A stretch of DNA of 64,000 nt from positions 90,522,001 through 90,586,000 of the forward strand of contig CM059432.1 in the NCBI GenBank assembly GCA_030390025.1, read 5' to 3'. Below, one piece after another: positions 9,650 through 22,061 of this stretch. The translations under genes and the position numbers were made by a program. Source of the stretch: Squalus acanthias (lineage: Eukaryota). The notes under the pieces were generated by a model. It worked only from the letters and a program-made list of their open reading frames with translations, had not been told where the DNA came from and made no database searches. Within the stretch, counting starts at the first letter, position 1, and every line of letters starts with the position of its first letter.

Positions 9650-12600
9650 TTAGGGTAAAGGGAAAGGAGGGGGAGGAATTTCTGAAATGTGTTCAGGAGA
9701 ATTTCCTTGACCAGTATGTTCTTAGCCCAACTAGGAAGGAGGCATTGCTGGATCTGGTGCTGGGGAATGAGTGGGCCAGGCCGACCAAGCGAACACTTGG
9801 GTACGAGTGATCATAGAGTCATAGAAAGTTACAGCATGGAAGGAGGCCATTTCGGCCCATCATGTCCGCGCTAGCCAACAAAGAGCTATCCAGCCTAATC
9901 CCACTTCCCAGCTCTTGGTCTCTAGCCCTGCAGGTTAGAGCATCCCAAGTGCACATCCAAGTACTTTTTAAATGTGGTTAGAGTTCCTGCCTCTACCACC
10001 CTTTCAGGCAGTGAGTTCCAGACCCCCACAACCCTCTAAGTGAAGAAATTTCCCCTCAAATCCCCTCTAAACCTTCCCCCAATTACTTTAAATCTGTGCC
10101 CCCTGGTTTTTTGACCCCTCTGCTAAGGGAAATAGGTCCTTTCTATCCACTTTATCGATGCCCCTCATAATTTTATACACCTCAATAAGGTCTCCCCTCA
10201 GCCTCCTCTGTTCCAAGGAAAACAGACCCAGCCTATCCAGTCTTTCCTCATAGCTAAGATTCTCTACTCCCGGCAACATCCTTGTAAATCTCCTCTGTAC
10301 CCTCTCTAGTGCAATCACATCTTTCCTGTAATGTGGTGACCAGAACTGCACGCACAACTCTAGCTGAGGCCTAACTAGTGTTTTATACAGTTGAAGCATA
10401 ACCCCCCCTGCTCTTCTATTCTATGCTACGGCTAATAAAGGCAAGCATTCCGTATGCCTTCTTAACCACCTTATCTACTTGGCGTGCTACCTTCAGGGAG
10501 CTGTGGACATGCACTCCAAGGTCCCTTTGTTCCTCTACACTACTCAGTGTCCTACCATTTAATGTGTATTCCCTTTCCTTGTTTAGCCCTCCCCAAATGC
10601 ATTACCTCACACTTCTCCGGATTGAATTCCATTTGGCACTGTTCTGCCCACCTGACCAATTTATTGATATCTTCCTGCAGTCTACAGCTTCCTTCTTCAG
10701 TATCAACCACACAGCCGATTTTAGTATCATCTGCAAACTTCTTAATCATACCCCCTATATTCAAGTCAAGATCGTTGATATCTACCACAAAAAGCAAGGG
10801 ACCTAGCACTGAGCCCTGCGGAACCCCACTGGAAACAGCCATCCAGCCACAAAAACACCCATCAACCATTACCCTCTGCTTCCTGTCTCCGAGCCAGTTT
10901 TGAATCCAACTTGACACTTTGCCCTGGATCCCATGGACTTTTACCGTCGTGACCAGTCTGCCATGTGGAACCTTATCAAAAGCCTTGCTAAAGTCCATAT
11001 ACACTACATCAAACACACTACCCTCATCTACCCTCTTTGTTACCTCCTCAAAAAATTCAATCAAGTTTGTCAGACACGACCTTCCCTTAACAAATCCGTG
11101 CTGACTATCCTTGATTAATCTGTGTCTTTCTAAATGAAGATTTATCCTGTCCTTCAGAATTCTTTCCAATAATTTTCCCACCACTGAGGTTAGGCTGACT
11201 GGCCTGTAATTACGTGGTCTATCCTTTTCTCCCTTTTTAAACAAGGGTATCACATTAGCAGTCCTCCAGTCTTCCGGCACCACACCTGAAGCCAGAGAGG
11301 ATTGAAAAATGATGGTCAGGGCCTCTGCTATTTCCTCTTTTGCTTCGCTTAACAGCCTGGAATACATTTCATCCGGGCCTGGGGATTTCTCCACTTTTAA
11401 AGCTGCTAAACCCCTTAATACTTCCTCTCTCACTATGTTTATTTCATCTAATATTTCATACTCCTCCCCCCCAATAGCAATGTCTGCTTCGCCCCTCTCC
11501 TTTGTGAAAACAGACGCAAAGTATTCATTAAGAACCCTACCGACGTCTCCCGCCTCCACACACAGATTACCCTCATGATCTCTAATAGGCCCTACTCTTT
11601 CTTTAGTTATCCTCTTACTCTTGATATATTTATAAAACATCTTTGGGTTTTCCTCGATTTTACTTGCCAAGAATTCTTCATGCTCTCTCTTTGCTTTCCT
11701 AATATCATTTTTAATTGCACCCCTGCACTTTCTGTACTCCTCTAAAGATTCTGGAGTATTTAGCCCTCGGTATCTGTCATACGCCTCCCTTTTTTTCTTT
11801 ATCCTGCCCTGTATGTCTCTAGACAACGTATCATAAGATTTAGATTAGCAATAGAGAGGAGCAAGGAACAATCTAGAGTGGAACTTCTAAACTGGAATAG
11901 GGCTAACTTCAGTGGGATGCGAAAGGATCTAGCCAGGGTAAAATGGAACTAAAGACTGACAGGAAAAACTGTAACAGAACACTGGGTGATCTTTAAGGAG
12001 GAGATGTTCCAAGTACAGGCTAGGTACATTCCAACGAGAGGGAAGGGTAAGGGAACCAAAGCAAGGGCTCCTTGGATGACGAGGGAGATAGAGAAGATGA
12101 TGAAACAAAAAAAGAGGGTGTATGATGCATGTCAGGTAAATTCTTCAAGTGAGAACCAGACCAAATACAATAAGCTGAGAGGGAAAGCAAAGATGAAAAT
12201 AAGATTGGCAAAGAGAGAATATGAGAGTAGAATGGCGGTTAACATAAAAGGGAACCCAAAAATCTTCTACCGGCATGTAAACAGTAAGCGGGTAGTAAGA
12301 GGCGGGGTGGGGCCTATTAGGAACAAAGAAGGTGATATATGCTTAGAGGCGCAGGGCAAGGCTAGAGTACTCAATGAGTACTTTGTATCGGTGTTTACTG
12401 AGGAGGTGGATGCTGACAAAATATCGGTAGAAGCAATGGAAGGGGTGAAAATTGACAGACAGAATGTACTAGAAAGGCTGGGTATGCTTAGAGTGGATAA
12501 GGCGCCTGGTCCAGATGGCTTGCATCCCAGGTTGCTAAGGGAATTGAGGGAGGAGATAGCAGAAGGGCTTGCCATAATTTTCCAATCTTCCCTAGATGCG

Positions 12601-13888
12601 GGGGAGGTGCCTGAGGATTGGAAAGTGGCAAATGTGACACTGTTGTTCAAGAAAGGGTGTAAGGACAATCCTAGTAACTACAGGCCGGTCAGTTTAACAT
12701 CAGTGGTGGGTAAAGTTTTAGAAACAATCAAGGAAAAAATTAAGCTAATTAAGGAGAGCCAACACGGATTTGTATAAGGCAGATCGTGCTTGACTAATCT
12801 AATGAATTTTTTAATGAAGTAACAGGGAGGATTGATGAAGGGAATGCAATGGATGTTAGGAAGGCGTTTGACAAAGGCTGGTTAACAAAATTGAGGCTCA
12901 TGGAATAGGTGTGTCAATGGCAGCTTGGATAAGGAATTGGCTTAAGGACAGAAAACAGCGAGTTGTGGTAAATGGCTGTTTTTCAGACTGGAGGATGGTA
13001 GACAGTGGTGTTCCCCAAGGGTCAGTGCTGGCAGACAAATAGGCTAGCAGAATGGGCAGTAAAAGGGGCAGATGGAATTTAATACGGAGAAGTGTGAGGT
13101 GATGCATTTTGGCAGAAGGAACCGGGAGAGGCAATATACACTTAATGGCACAGTTTTAAAGAGTGTGCAGGGACAGAGGGACCTGGGAGTTAATGTGCAT
13201 AGGTCCCTGAAGGTGGCAGGACATATTGAGAGAGTGGTTAACAAAGCATATGGGATCTTGGGCTTCATAAATAGAGGTATTGAGTACAAAAGCAGAGAAG
13301 TTATGCTGAACCTTTATAAAATGCTGGTTAGGCCACAACTGGAGTATTGCATCCAGTTCTGGTCACCACACTTTAGGAAGGATGTGAAGGCCCTTGAGAA
13401 GGTGCAGAGGAGATTTACCAGAATGGTTCCAGGGTTGGGAGATCTTAGCTACAAGGACAGGTTGGAGAAGCTGGATTTGTTTTCATTCGCGCAAAGGAGG
13501 TTGAGAGGTGATTTGATAGAGGTGTACAAGATTATGACGGGTTTGGATAGGCTAGACAGAGAAAGGCTGTTCCCACTAGTTGATGGTACAAGGACTAGGG
13601 GACACAGATTTAAGGTTTTGGGCAAGAGATACAGGGGGATGTGAGGAAAAACTTTTACGCAGCGAGTGGTGAGAACCTGGAACTCGCTGCCGACGGAAGT
13701 GGTAGAAGCGGAGCCACTCAATGTTTTCAAGGGGAGACTGAATAGGCACTTGAGGGAAATAAACTTGCAGGGCTACGAGGATAGAGCGGGGGAATGGGAC
13801 TGACTGGATTGCTCTGCATTGAGCCGGCGCGAACTCGATGGGTCGAATGGCCTCCTTCTGTGCCGTTATGACTCTATGACACTATGAC
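9650..13888 (+). mobile_element. CR1 LINE (late endonuclease, RT, 3' UTR), interrupted by a second CR1
   Basis: FLKCVQENFLDQYV..PTRKEALLDLVL; ORFs 11986-12777 (KAPGPDG, NYRPVSLTS) and 13072-13644 (LVRPQLEYC). Tail TATGACTCTATGACACTATGA. Confidence 0.95.
9811..11826 (-). mobile_element. CR1 LINE, 5' truncated, long open RT frame, nested antisense in a CR1
   Basis: ORF 10552-11826 (424 aa) contains QHGFVKGRSC, YMDFSKAFDKVPH, GVPQGSVLGP and FADD. C-terminal frame at 10088-10399. Confidence 0.96.
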
Positions 13889-15450
13889 TTGTCCCATGCC
13901 CTGGCTGCAGGCCACTCGTGCCCGATGTCTCACCATGTGCAGATCCCGCCTCTATGCTATCCTCTAAATTACGTGCAATGTCTGTATCTGAGCTGTTGGC
14001 TGCGAGTGTGACATTGAGTGATGGTGTTTCTTCATCATCAGTGTCTTGTTGCTCTTCCACCACTGCCTGGCTAGGTGGCAGTTCTTGGGTATCTGACAGG
14101 AGAAAGGCACAAGGGTAAGGTTGTGGTGAGGGGAGTCGGGGGGTGGGGGGGGGGGCGCGGGGGCGGGGGTGTCGGGAAACAAGAGTGCATGCTTATACCA
14201 TCTGCAACTTGCAAATCCGAAGAGATTGTGGGATGAGGGGCCAGTGGGATTTCTGAAGGAGGATTAAGTATATTGATACCGCCATCTTCTATGGTTTCAG
14301 CCCCGCCACTGGCTACGACCTGAGCAATGGCCGCTCCAATCATGGCGAGCACCGTCTCCCCCATGGGGGTAAGGACAGGCAGGCGCACCTGTCCCCCCGC
14401 CGGTTAGCTCCTGCTGCCTCCGGTTGTGCACAACCTTGTCCTGCAAGAGGGAGGGAAGTGGGTCAGTGAGTGTGGTGCAATCTGTTTGGGTGATATGGCT
14501 GTCATGGTTGAATAGCAGGCAGTGTGTTTAAGCTGTGAGATGTCGGTGTGAGGCTTGCAGCAGTGTTAAGTGTGTGAGGGGAAGGCGATGCTATGTTAGG
14601 CATGAGTCCTGATTGATAGAGATTGTTGGTAGGTGAGTGTTAGGGGTTTGGTTCATTGAGCAATGTGTGAGGCTAGTGGTGCAGTTGGTAGGATATGGCA
14701 TTTGAAGATCTATTCACTGACCTTGACCACTCGTGTAGGGTCATTGAACTTCTTATAGCACTGCATCCAGGTCCTCGCAGCCTGACTCCTTGCATTGACC
14801 GCCACGGCTATCTGCTCCCATTGCCTCTGACCGTGTGTCTGGAGGGCCTCCTGGTCCCCTGTGGATACAGCACATCTCTTCTCCTTTCCACCTCCTCCAC
14901 CAAAGTCTCCAGTGCAGCGTTGGAAAACCTTGGAGACCGCGCTCTCACCTGTTGTGCCATTCCTCACTCTTTCCTAGGTTAGAATCTCTTCAAGCACGAC
15001 TCCCAGCACCTGCTCCAGTCACAATGTACCTCCCCTTTAAGCAGTGCAGGCTAGCTTTAAGTAGTGCCTGCAAGGTATGATTTTGGGCCCCCAGTTGAGG
15101 TGTGCAGCCAATCAACGGGGCAGTTAGCGCTGGCTGCACGCGGAAATCATGTTAATCAGCTGGCAGCACAAAGTTGGCGTGCTGCCTGCATCGGAAGCAA
15201 TGGTGCAGGTTAATCGCGCATCAAAATCCGCACGCCCGTTTTCGGGGGCTATCGAATTTAGCCCCCGTTGTGTCAAGAAATTTCTCTTGCTCGCTGTCCT
15301 AAATCTCTTGCATTTAATTTGTATATGTGTTTCCTCACTCTGTTTATATTTACTCTGTCCCACCCTTCATAATTTTAAACACCTTTAGCAAATCCCCCCT
15401 TCATCACCTCTGTTCTAATAAAGTTTTCCCAATTTTCTTAAATCAAGTTA

Positions 15451-15814
15451 CAGGAAACTCTTTATTAACCGGCACCGACGGGACCGGCGTGGTGCCGGTT
15501 AATCAAAAAGTCCGGATAACGGAGAGTTATATCTCCCAACGTACGAGAGCCCCGTACACATTGACATGCGCCTGCATTCGGAGCTCCGTCTCCCCGGGGA
15601 CCGCCAGCTGACCATCTGTCGTATCCGCTGCCTACCCAGGCTGCACATTCCCCTCCCAATCTACACGCTCCGATACAAGGCAAACGCCTCGGGGTTTTTT
15701 TTAAAGTTAATTTTAAACGAGAGATGAAGGAAAACCCCGGTTACCTACTCAAGAATTTTGCCGGTTAAGAGAGATTTCCGGATATTTGGGTGCCGGTTAA
15801 TAAAGAGTTTCCTG
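15451..15814. mobile_element. Tc1/mariner-pogo (Tigger-like) MITE
   Basis: Perfect 26-bp TIR CAGGAAACTCTTTATTAACCGGCACC with TA on both flanks. Confidence 0.9.
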
Positions 15815-16979
15815 TACTTTTGTTTTACAAGGGTTGTACGACAATCACTACTTCAATGGAAATTATGGTGTAAATACCTCTTCAGCCCATCAGCGGACGC
15901 TATTCATTTTCCGTTGGTGTAAATGTGGAGCAACTCACCGCATGGAATTTCTGAGCCAATCGTTTTTACTTCTCCTCATGCCTTCATGTATCTATTCTAT
16001 TTTTAGTCGTGCTTTTTTTTCATTGTAAACTATTTTAAATCCTGGACCTGGCAGCTGTTTTGCTAGTAGACTGTCATTAGTTTAATGAAGCAGATTCTTC
16101 ATCTTGTGTGCCCTATGTTTCCTTACTTTGCTTTCTCATGATAATTTTATTATTTGTATCTTTTACATTATCTGTTGTAAGGGTACATTTTCCTAACTAG
16201 TTAACAGACTTTCATTGTGGAGAAGAATACTATCAAACCCAAATCACAAGACATTTTGTGAAACAGTTTGCAATGCTGAAGGAAAAAACAATCTTATTAT
16301 TTCTTCGCGCAGCTAAGTTTGATTAATGTTACATATAAAGTGGAAGAAAATGGCAATTTAATTCATCTGGATCATGAGGCTGAGATAATTATTCCATTTA
16401 AATAATATTATTCCGGAAGATAATAAACACAAGTACCTAGGATTTTGACATTATGCGTCTATCAATATCAAGACGTTCATGGTAAAAAGAATAGCAATCA
16501 GATTTAAACAGGAGCTAAACAGAATTTTGAAAGTAAATCCTCAATGGTACTCAGTGTGCCCTGGAGCGGATCTACAGGAAGCCCTCAGGAACTGTCTGAA
16601 CTGGGAAAACACACTAGCAGCTGGGAAATCTGTATATTCACCTGTTACCCTGGCTTTCAGGCTGGTTTGAAGTCACGCCCTCTGCTGTTCTGTGCAACGC
16701 TTCTATGGAACACACAGGGTGCTCCCTGCCAGTGACAACGGTGGAACAGCCTAGCAGTGAGGGAGACCCAATTGGCAATATATTGATGTTTTAAAACAAA
16801 CATGTAATCAAAATTGTCCCTTAAGCTCATATTTTCTTCTATAAAATAGGAGAGTACTTTGAACAAAAAGCATTCCCCTAGATTTTCCTCCCTTTTTAAG
16901 TAATCCCAAGAGAAGATTATAGTTCGCTCTTTGCATTCACGAGCCTACCTTTTAAACAGAGGTTTTGGGGAGAGACAAG

Positions 16980-17872
16980 GGGGGAAAAATTCAGTTGGTT
17001 GCGCCTCCTGTTAACGCCTTAAGAGGGCGCTAATGGGGCACAAAGCAACTAGTGCCCGGGCGCGACGATGTTTGCGCCACTCGCGAAATTAACTAGACAT
17101 TTTGCGGCGGCGCTAAACACTACCGCCACGATCTCCTGCGCCGGCAGATCGTGACGTCAGGCGAGTGTGCAACGCCCCGGTAGCGCCCCGGTGTGGATAT
17201 TGAGTGGCGCCCCCTGCCTTACCGCCTGCCGCTAGCAACGACAGGTTGAGGGGAGCGTTTTGCAGTCAGGAAGGGACTGGGGGAGCGCTATTTAAAGGCG
17301 ACTGCTTCCTGCCTTTTTTTGTTGGTGACATTTTTGAACCACGCATTCTGAGAGAGAAAGAGAGAGACTTCTAGAGAGATTCAACACTGTGTGAAGGAGT
17401 TTTGGGTACTGAGCAGCACTTTGCAGGTTCATTTTGATTTGCCCTTCCTTGTATCGATTTAGAAGAGACTTTGGGGGCTGCACTCTGAGCACTTTCCCTG
17501 GTTCTCTCCATTGTTCTTTCCAGCAGATTTGATGTACAGGTCTCTCCAGGCCGAGATTCAAGGCTGCAATGAGCAGGATGTGGATGGAAAGCAAGATCAA
17601 CCCTCCCCTTTAAGAACTGGCCGGCGCCATTGTGTCTGTGTTCCATTGCTGACTGACATCACATGAGCTTCGCCAGCGCTCTGAGTTAGCGCCTCGCTCC
17701 TCGGCCTTTACGCTTTAAGAGAGATGTGTAGCGCCTGATTTAGCGCTCCAATCACCTCCAGGGGCGATAAAAGTCAAGTTTGCAGTCGGAGGCGATAATT
17801 AGCGCCAGGCGCTAATCTTTGCGCCCGGCCGATAATTGCGCCCCAAATGGGGTGATACTGAATTTCTCCCCC
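16980..17872 (+). mobile_element. Non-autonomous Harbinger element, 893 bp family, copy 2
   Basis: TIRs GGGGGAAAAATT / AATTTCTCCCCC and TSD AAG. Colinear with 294-1186. Confidence 0.92.
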
Positions 17873-19462
17873 AAGGTCTAAATAATATTGTACCAGTCCT
17901 ATTAAACTAAGTTGCAGTCACAATTTTATAAAATGTTGCCTTGCAGAAAGATTAATGTGAATGCATTATTTGTTGTCATTTTCTTTTTTTGTGAATGCAT
18001 ATTTCCTAAATCTGACAATTTAGCATCAAAAGCATGCTCCACCAAAATAGCTTACTACGGACGCTGTCTGTAATTCCTTTGTGGCTCTTAAACTGATCCT
18101 ATAGAACTTAAAAAAAACACTATGAAGCTCTGGCTTACATCAACTACAAAGAAGTGAGAAAAAAAACATGAAGTTATGAAGGCCACTGCCAAGGTTACAT
18201 TGGTTTTATAAACTGTAGTTTGTGGAAGAAAAGTTTCAGTTTTAATAAAAGGATCTGTTGAATATATCTATGATTTAAAAAATATTTTAAATAAATAGTA
18301 GTTGCAAACGGTTAACAAAGGGGTAGCATGTATAGCATGTTGTTTATGAGGATATTGTATAGCGCATAATTTGTAAGGAGTACTTGTGCATGGGCTGGAT
18401 CTGAAAACTACTGGAATCAGTTGTCCATTTGTGCTTGCTGCACCAAGCTTTCTGGCCACACCTCTGTTTCCTCTACTGGCACTGCAGCACCATTGCAAAA
18501 TACTAGGTAATCTTCTATGTTGTTGCTCATGGTGAGTCAGAGATTTTATAAGTTCAAGTTGTATTACCAGGGATACTGACTTATCAGTATTGGGGTCAAT
18601 GCTGTCATCTAGGAGAACTGGGAAAGAGTCTCATGCACTATTTCAAGTGATGTCTCATGGTTGGGAGCACTAGTTGGTGTGATGCTGGGCTTTTGGGAAC
18701 ACTGGAGAGGGAGGTTCTGGAAGCACTGGGAGAGGAAAGCCTTATAGTTGATTAGATAGGTTGACTCGTGGATCAGAGAGCACTGAGAATATAATCTCGG
18801 AGTTTGTGAGCACTGAAAATGGGGTCCTGTGATCAGAGGATGATGGGGGAGGGTCCTATAGTCCAGCAGAACTGCAGAGAGGATTTTGGAGATTGGAGAG
18901 CAGAGTCTGGCAGTATTGTGGGATTGCTGGCATCTGGTAGTATTTGGGAGGAGTAGGATCTAGCAGCCTTCTGGGAGTGGGGTTGCAAGAAAATGGGACG
19001 CAAACTGCCCTCAATCCCTCTTAGACCATCATGTGCACCCCACCCCACCATGTTCCTGCTCAGCAGCCTCCTCCACTGGCCCATCTGCAGCCCCTTTGCA
19101 TCTTCCTACATGCACCACTTTCACCATTGCAAGCTGGCTCTTGTTCCTGCCTTAAAACCTTTAAAGGTAAATGTTCTGTCTTTCTATGAAATATATCCTT
19201 TAGCGCCAAAAATGATTCAGAAAAGAGGTTTGTTAATTGAATTTTGAATTAAAGTAAAAAGATGAATGACTAAAAAGGAATCCATTCTCACTGAACAATC
19301 TCTTTTGTTTTCAACCATCAACAAAGAAACCACACCTTTAATTGTAGGTGTTGCATGTCTGTGAGCATTTCATGATAGCAAACCAGCATTTATTAACACA
19401 TTTAAATGTCATCACTTACCTGAAATAAAACTTGCAGAATTTGATGTCCAATTTGTTTTAAG

Positions 19463-22061
19463 GGGCTGAATTTTAACACCCAAAAACGGGTGGGTTGGAG
19501 TCGGGTCAGATGTTAAAATTTTTAAAATCTGAAGCCCGACTCCAACCAGCCAACTTCCAGGTTAACGGAGGCGGGACAAGGGGCGGGCAGCCAACCCGTT
19601 CCCAGGAGACAGGTTGGCAATTTAAATATTTTAATGAGCCCGGCAGCCTCTGATTTAATCTGCTTCGCAGGTTTAACAGTGGCTGGCCGGGTTTCCCAGG
19701 CCTCGCAAAACCCTGGGAAACCCGGCAGCTGAAGGGAGGCGAGGACCGATTTGGGGAGAGGATTTTGGGGGAGAAATTCCATACCTTGCCGCCACCCGTT
19801 TGCACTGCTATCCTGGCGAAAAATGGCTGTTGCCACTCTAATGCCCTTCTCTGATGCGGGACCCGGCGGCCACAATTTTGGTGAGGGCATTAGCGCCTCT
19901 GATAGCAGCGCTTGCCCTGGAGACACAGATGGGGAGAGCGTTAAGTCAGTCAGCGTGCTACGCCGATGCAACGTCACACTCTGCGAACTTTGACCTTAGC
20001 GCTGGGTCCTAAGCTCGCTCTGATAAGCGAGCGTTCAGCAGACTGACAGAGACACTGCCAGCACTTCTTAAAGTAACACACACATCTTTCAGGTAAGTTT
20101 ACATTAGCTTTTGTACTGGATTTTTTTTATTTTATTGAATTAGTGGCTTGGTGCAACACATGTTAAATGTTTTTAAAGTGTGCTCAGGGAGTGATGCTGG
20201 ATGCTTGAAAGGCCTCGGATGGTAAAGGAAGGCCTCTGAGAAGACAGAAAATGCTAGAATACTCAGCAGGTCAGGCAGCATCCGTGGAGAGAGAAACAGA
20301 GTTCATGTGTCCAGTCGAGATGCTGCCTGACCTGCTGAGTATTTCCAGCATTTTATGCTTTTTATTTCAGATTTACAACATCCACTCGCAGATGGAAGAG
20401 GAAGATGCAGAAGAGGAAGAAGCTGAAAGAAGGATGCAACCCAGACAGTCCCTTTCTGGCCGGGATATCCTGGATGGAATCATCCTCCTGCGGTACCAGT
20501 GACCACAACCCCAATTCCCCTTTCAACATTTGTCCTACACCTTCCTTCCCTCTTGGCCACAGTGCGGAAATAAAAGCCACCACAAAACAAACTTAACAAT
20601 CCAACTTTATACATTCAATATGACATCAAGAAATAAACTCATCACCCTTATGCATTCCCTTAGTGACTGACTGTCTTGTGTGTGCCTTTGTCTATCCTAC
20701 TGATGTCACGCAGTGCTACCCCAGTGGCTGCAGCATAGCTGATGGAAGGCTGCTAACTTTCAGTGGGGGACACTGCAAATACCCTTGCTGGTCGACCTTA
20801 AGGAGCTGGTGGCTGGGAGTGTGAAATTGAGTGACAGTGTTTCTTCTTCTTCACTCTCCTTTCCCTCTTCTTGACCAACCACTGGCTGGGCAGGCTGGAT
20901 TTCTTGGGTGTGTGAAATGAGGAAGGCACAAGGGTGGAGTTGTGGTGAGGGGAGTGCTGGAAAGCAAGAGGTGCATATGAGAAGGAGGATACGTATGAGG
21001 ATACCAGCATCTTGTATCCTTTCAGCTCCGTCGCTGGCCCAGAGCTCAGCCATGCCCCTGCCAAGAATGGCCAGCACTGTCTCCTCTAAGGGGGTAAGGT
21101 GAAGTTAGGAATGGGAGGTGTGCCTTGTGTTTGGTACAGATTGTTGGTAGGTGAGTGATGGTGGGTGGGGGGCGGGGCGGAGTCGTGCATTCAGAAGTGT
21201 GTGAGGCTAGTGGTGCAGTTGGTAGGAGACAGCTTTTGAAGATGCATTCACTGATCTTGACCACTGGTCTAAGGTCATGAAGCTTCTTTGGGCACTGGAG
21301 CCAAGTCGTGGGGCCGACACTGCTAGCAGTGACGGCCTCGGTGATCTGGTCCCACATCGTTCTTTCTACAGGGCCTCCTGGCCGCTGTGGGTAGAGGACC
21401 TCTCTTGCATTGTTGATCCCCTGCACAAAGCTGGAGTGCTGCGTGCGAGACCCTGGGTGCCCCTTCCCTGGCTTGCTGAGCCATTTGTGTTAGTGCTGAA
21501 GCACATTTACCATTATTTTTTAGGTGCGGAGGGCAATTCAACTTTAAGCACCGAAGACTCCTATTTGGGAATTCATTTTAATATTAAACTTTTTTTCAGA
21601 AGGCAGTTGAGTTGTAAGGGCTAAAAACTGCCTATTTTTACATGATTTAAATTTTTTTCATTTCAGAAGGCATTGCCCCTTTAAGATACCGAACTGCTTT
21701 CTGAAATGACAGCCTTGCTTTAAGAGAAGGCTGTTCTTGCTGCAATGACGTTCCGGCCATGCTGCATTGGGGCCTCCTGCCTGGGCGAACGCCACCAGAA
21801 TGTCGTTGCACAGTAAGTTTAGCGCTGGGCTGATGTTAATTAGCCACCAGCAGCAATTTACCGGTTCTGCCAGCGCCTTCATTTTCGGCGGCTGTTAACA
21901 CCACCTGACTGGAAGCCAAGCATGTCAATCAGGCTGACTTCCAGGCGGGCAACCTGTCTAGGACAAAAGACCCACTTTGTGGAGTTAAAACTCCACAGTT
22001 TCCCATCCGAAACTGCCCCCCACCCCCCACCTACGTAACCCGCTCTGTTAATATCCAGGCC
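19463..22061 (+). mobile_element. Harbinger-type MITE hosting a nested composite element
   Basis: Imperfect TIRs GGGCTGAATTTTAAC / GTTAATATCCAGGCC and TSD AAG. The left part is homologous, in inverted orientation, to 57480-57673. Confidence 0.75.
19767..21905 (+). mobile_element. Composite deleted Harbinger element, copy A
   Basis: Starts with GGGGGAGAAATT. Contains the transposase acidic C-terminus, a Penelope-like hairpin at 20245-20385 and a Myb gene remnant on - (AREVLYPQ..WDQITEAV..TTWLQCPKKLHDL). Inverted homologue at 27100-29545. Confidence 0.85.

Larger units (their letters stand above)
8820..14960 (-). pseudogene. Harbinger Myb/SANT-like gene; exons 14960-14722, 14440-14280 and 14092-ca.8820 (last exon split by CR1)
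   Basis: MAQQVRARSPRFSNAALETLVEEVERRRDVLYP..WEQIAVAVNARS..RTWMQCYKKFND, then DKVVHNRRQQELTGGG. Canonical GT/AG sites. Frameshifts present. Confidence 0.88.
7093..15265 (+). mobile_element. Decayed two-gene PIF/Harbinger transposon with nested CR1s
   Basis: Right TIR GAATTTAGCCCC, probable TSD CGT, left TIR missing. Transposase on + and Myb/SANT gene on -. Interrupts a CR1. Confidence 0.85.

Noticed and set aside
10552..11826. Active retrotransposon or prokaryotic-type RT system
   Set aside because: Typical CR1 RT, 5' truncated with no endonuclease, and frameshifted before its C-terminus.
18105..18193. Exon-like segment (NLKKHYEALAYINYKEVRKKHEVMKATAK)
   Set aside because: Needs two single-base deletions in poly-A runs to be open, and the donor is weak. 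No frame is open as given.
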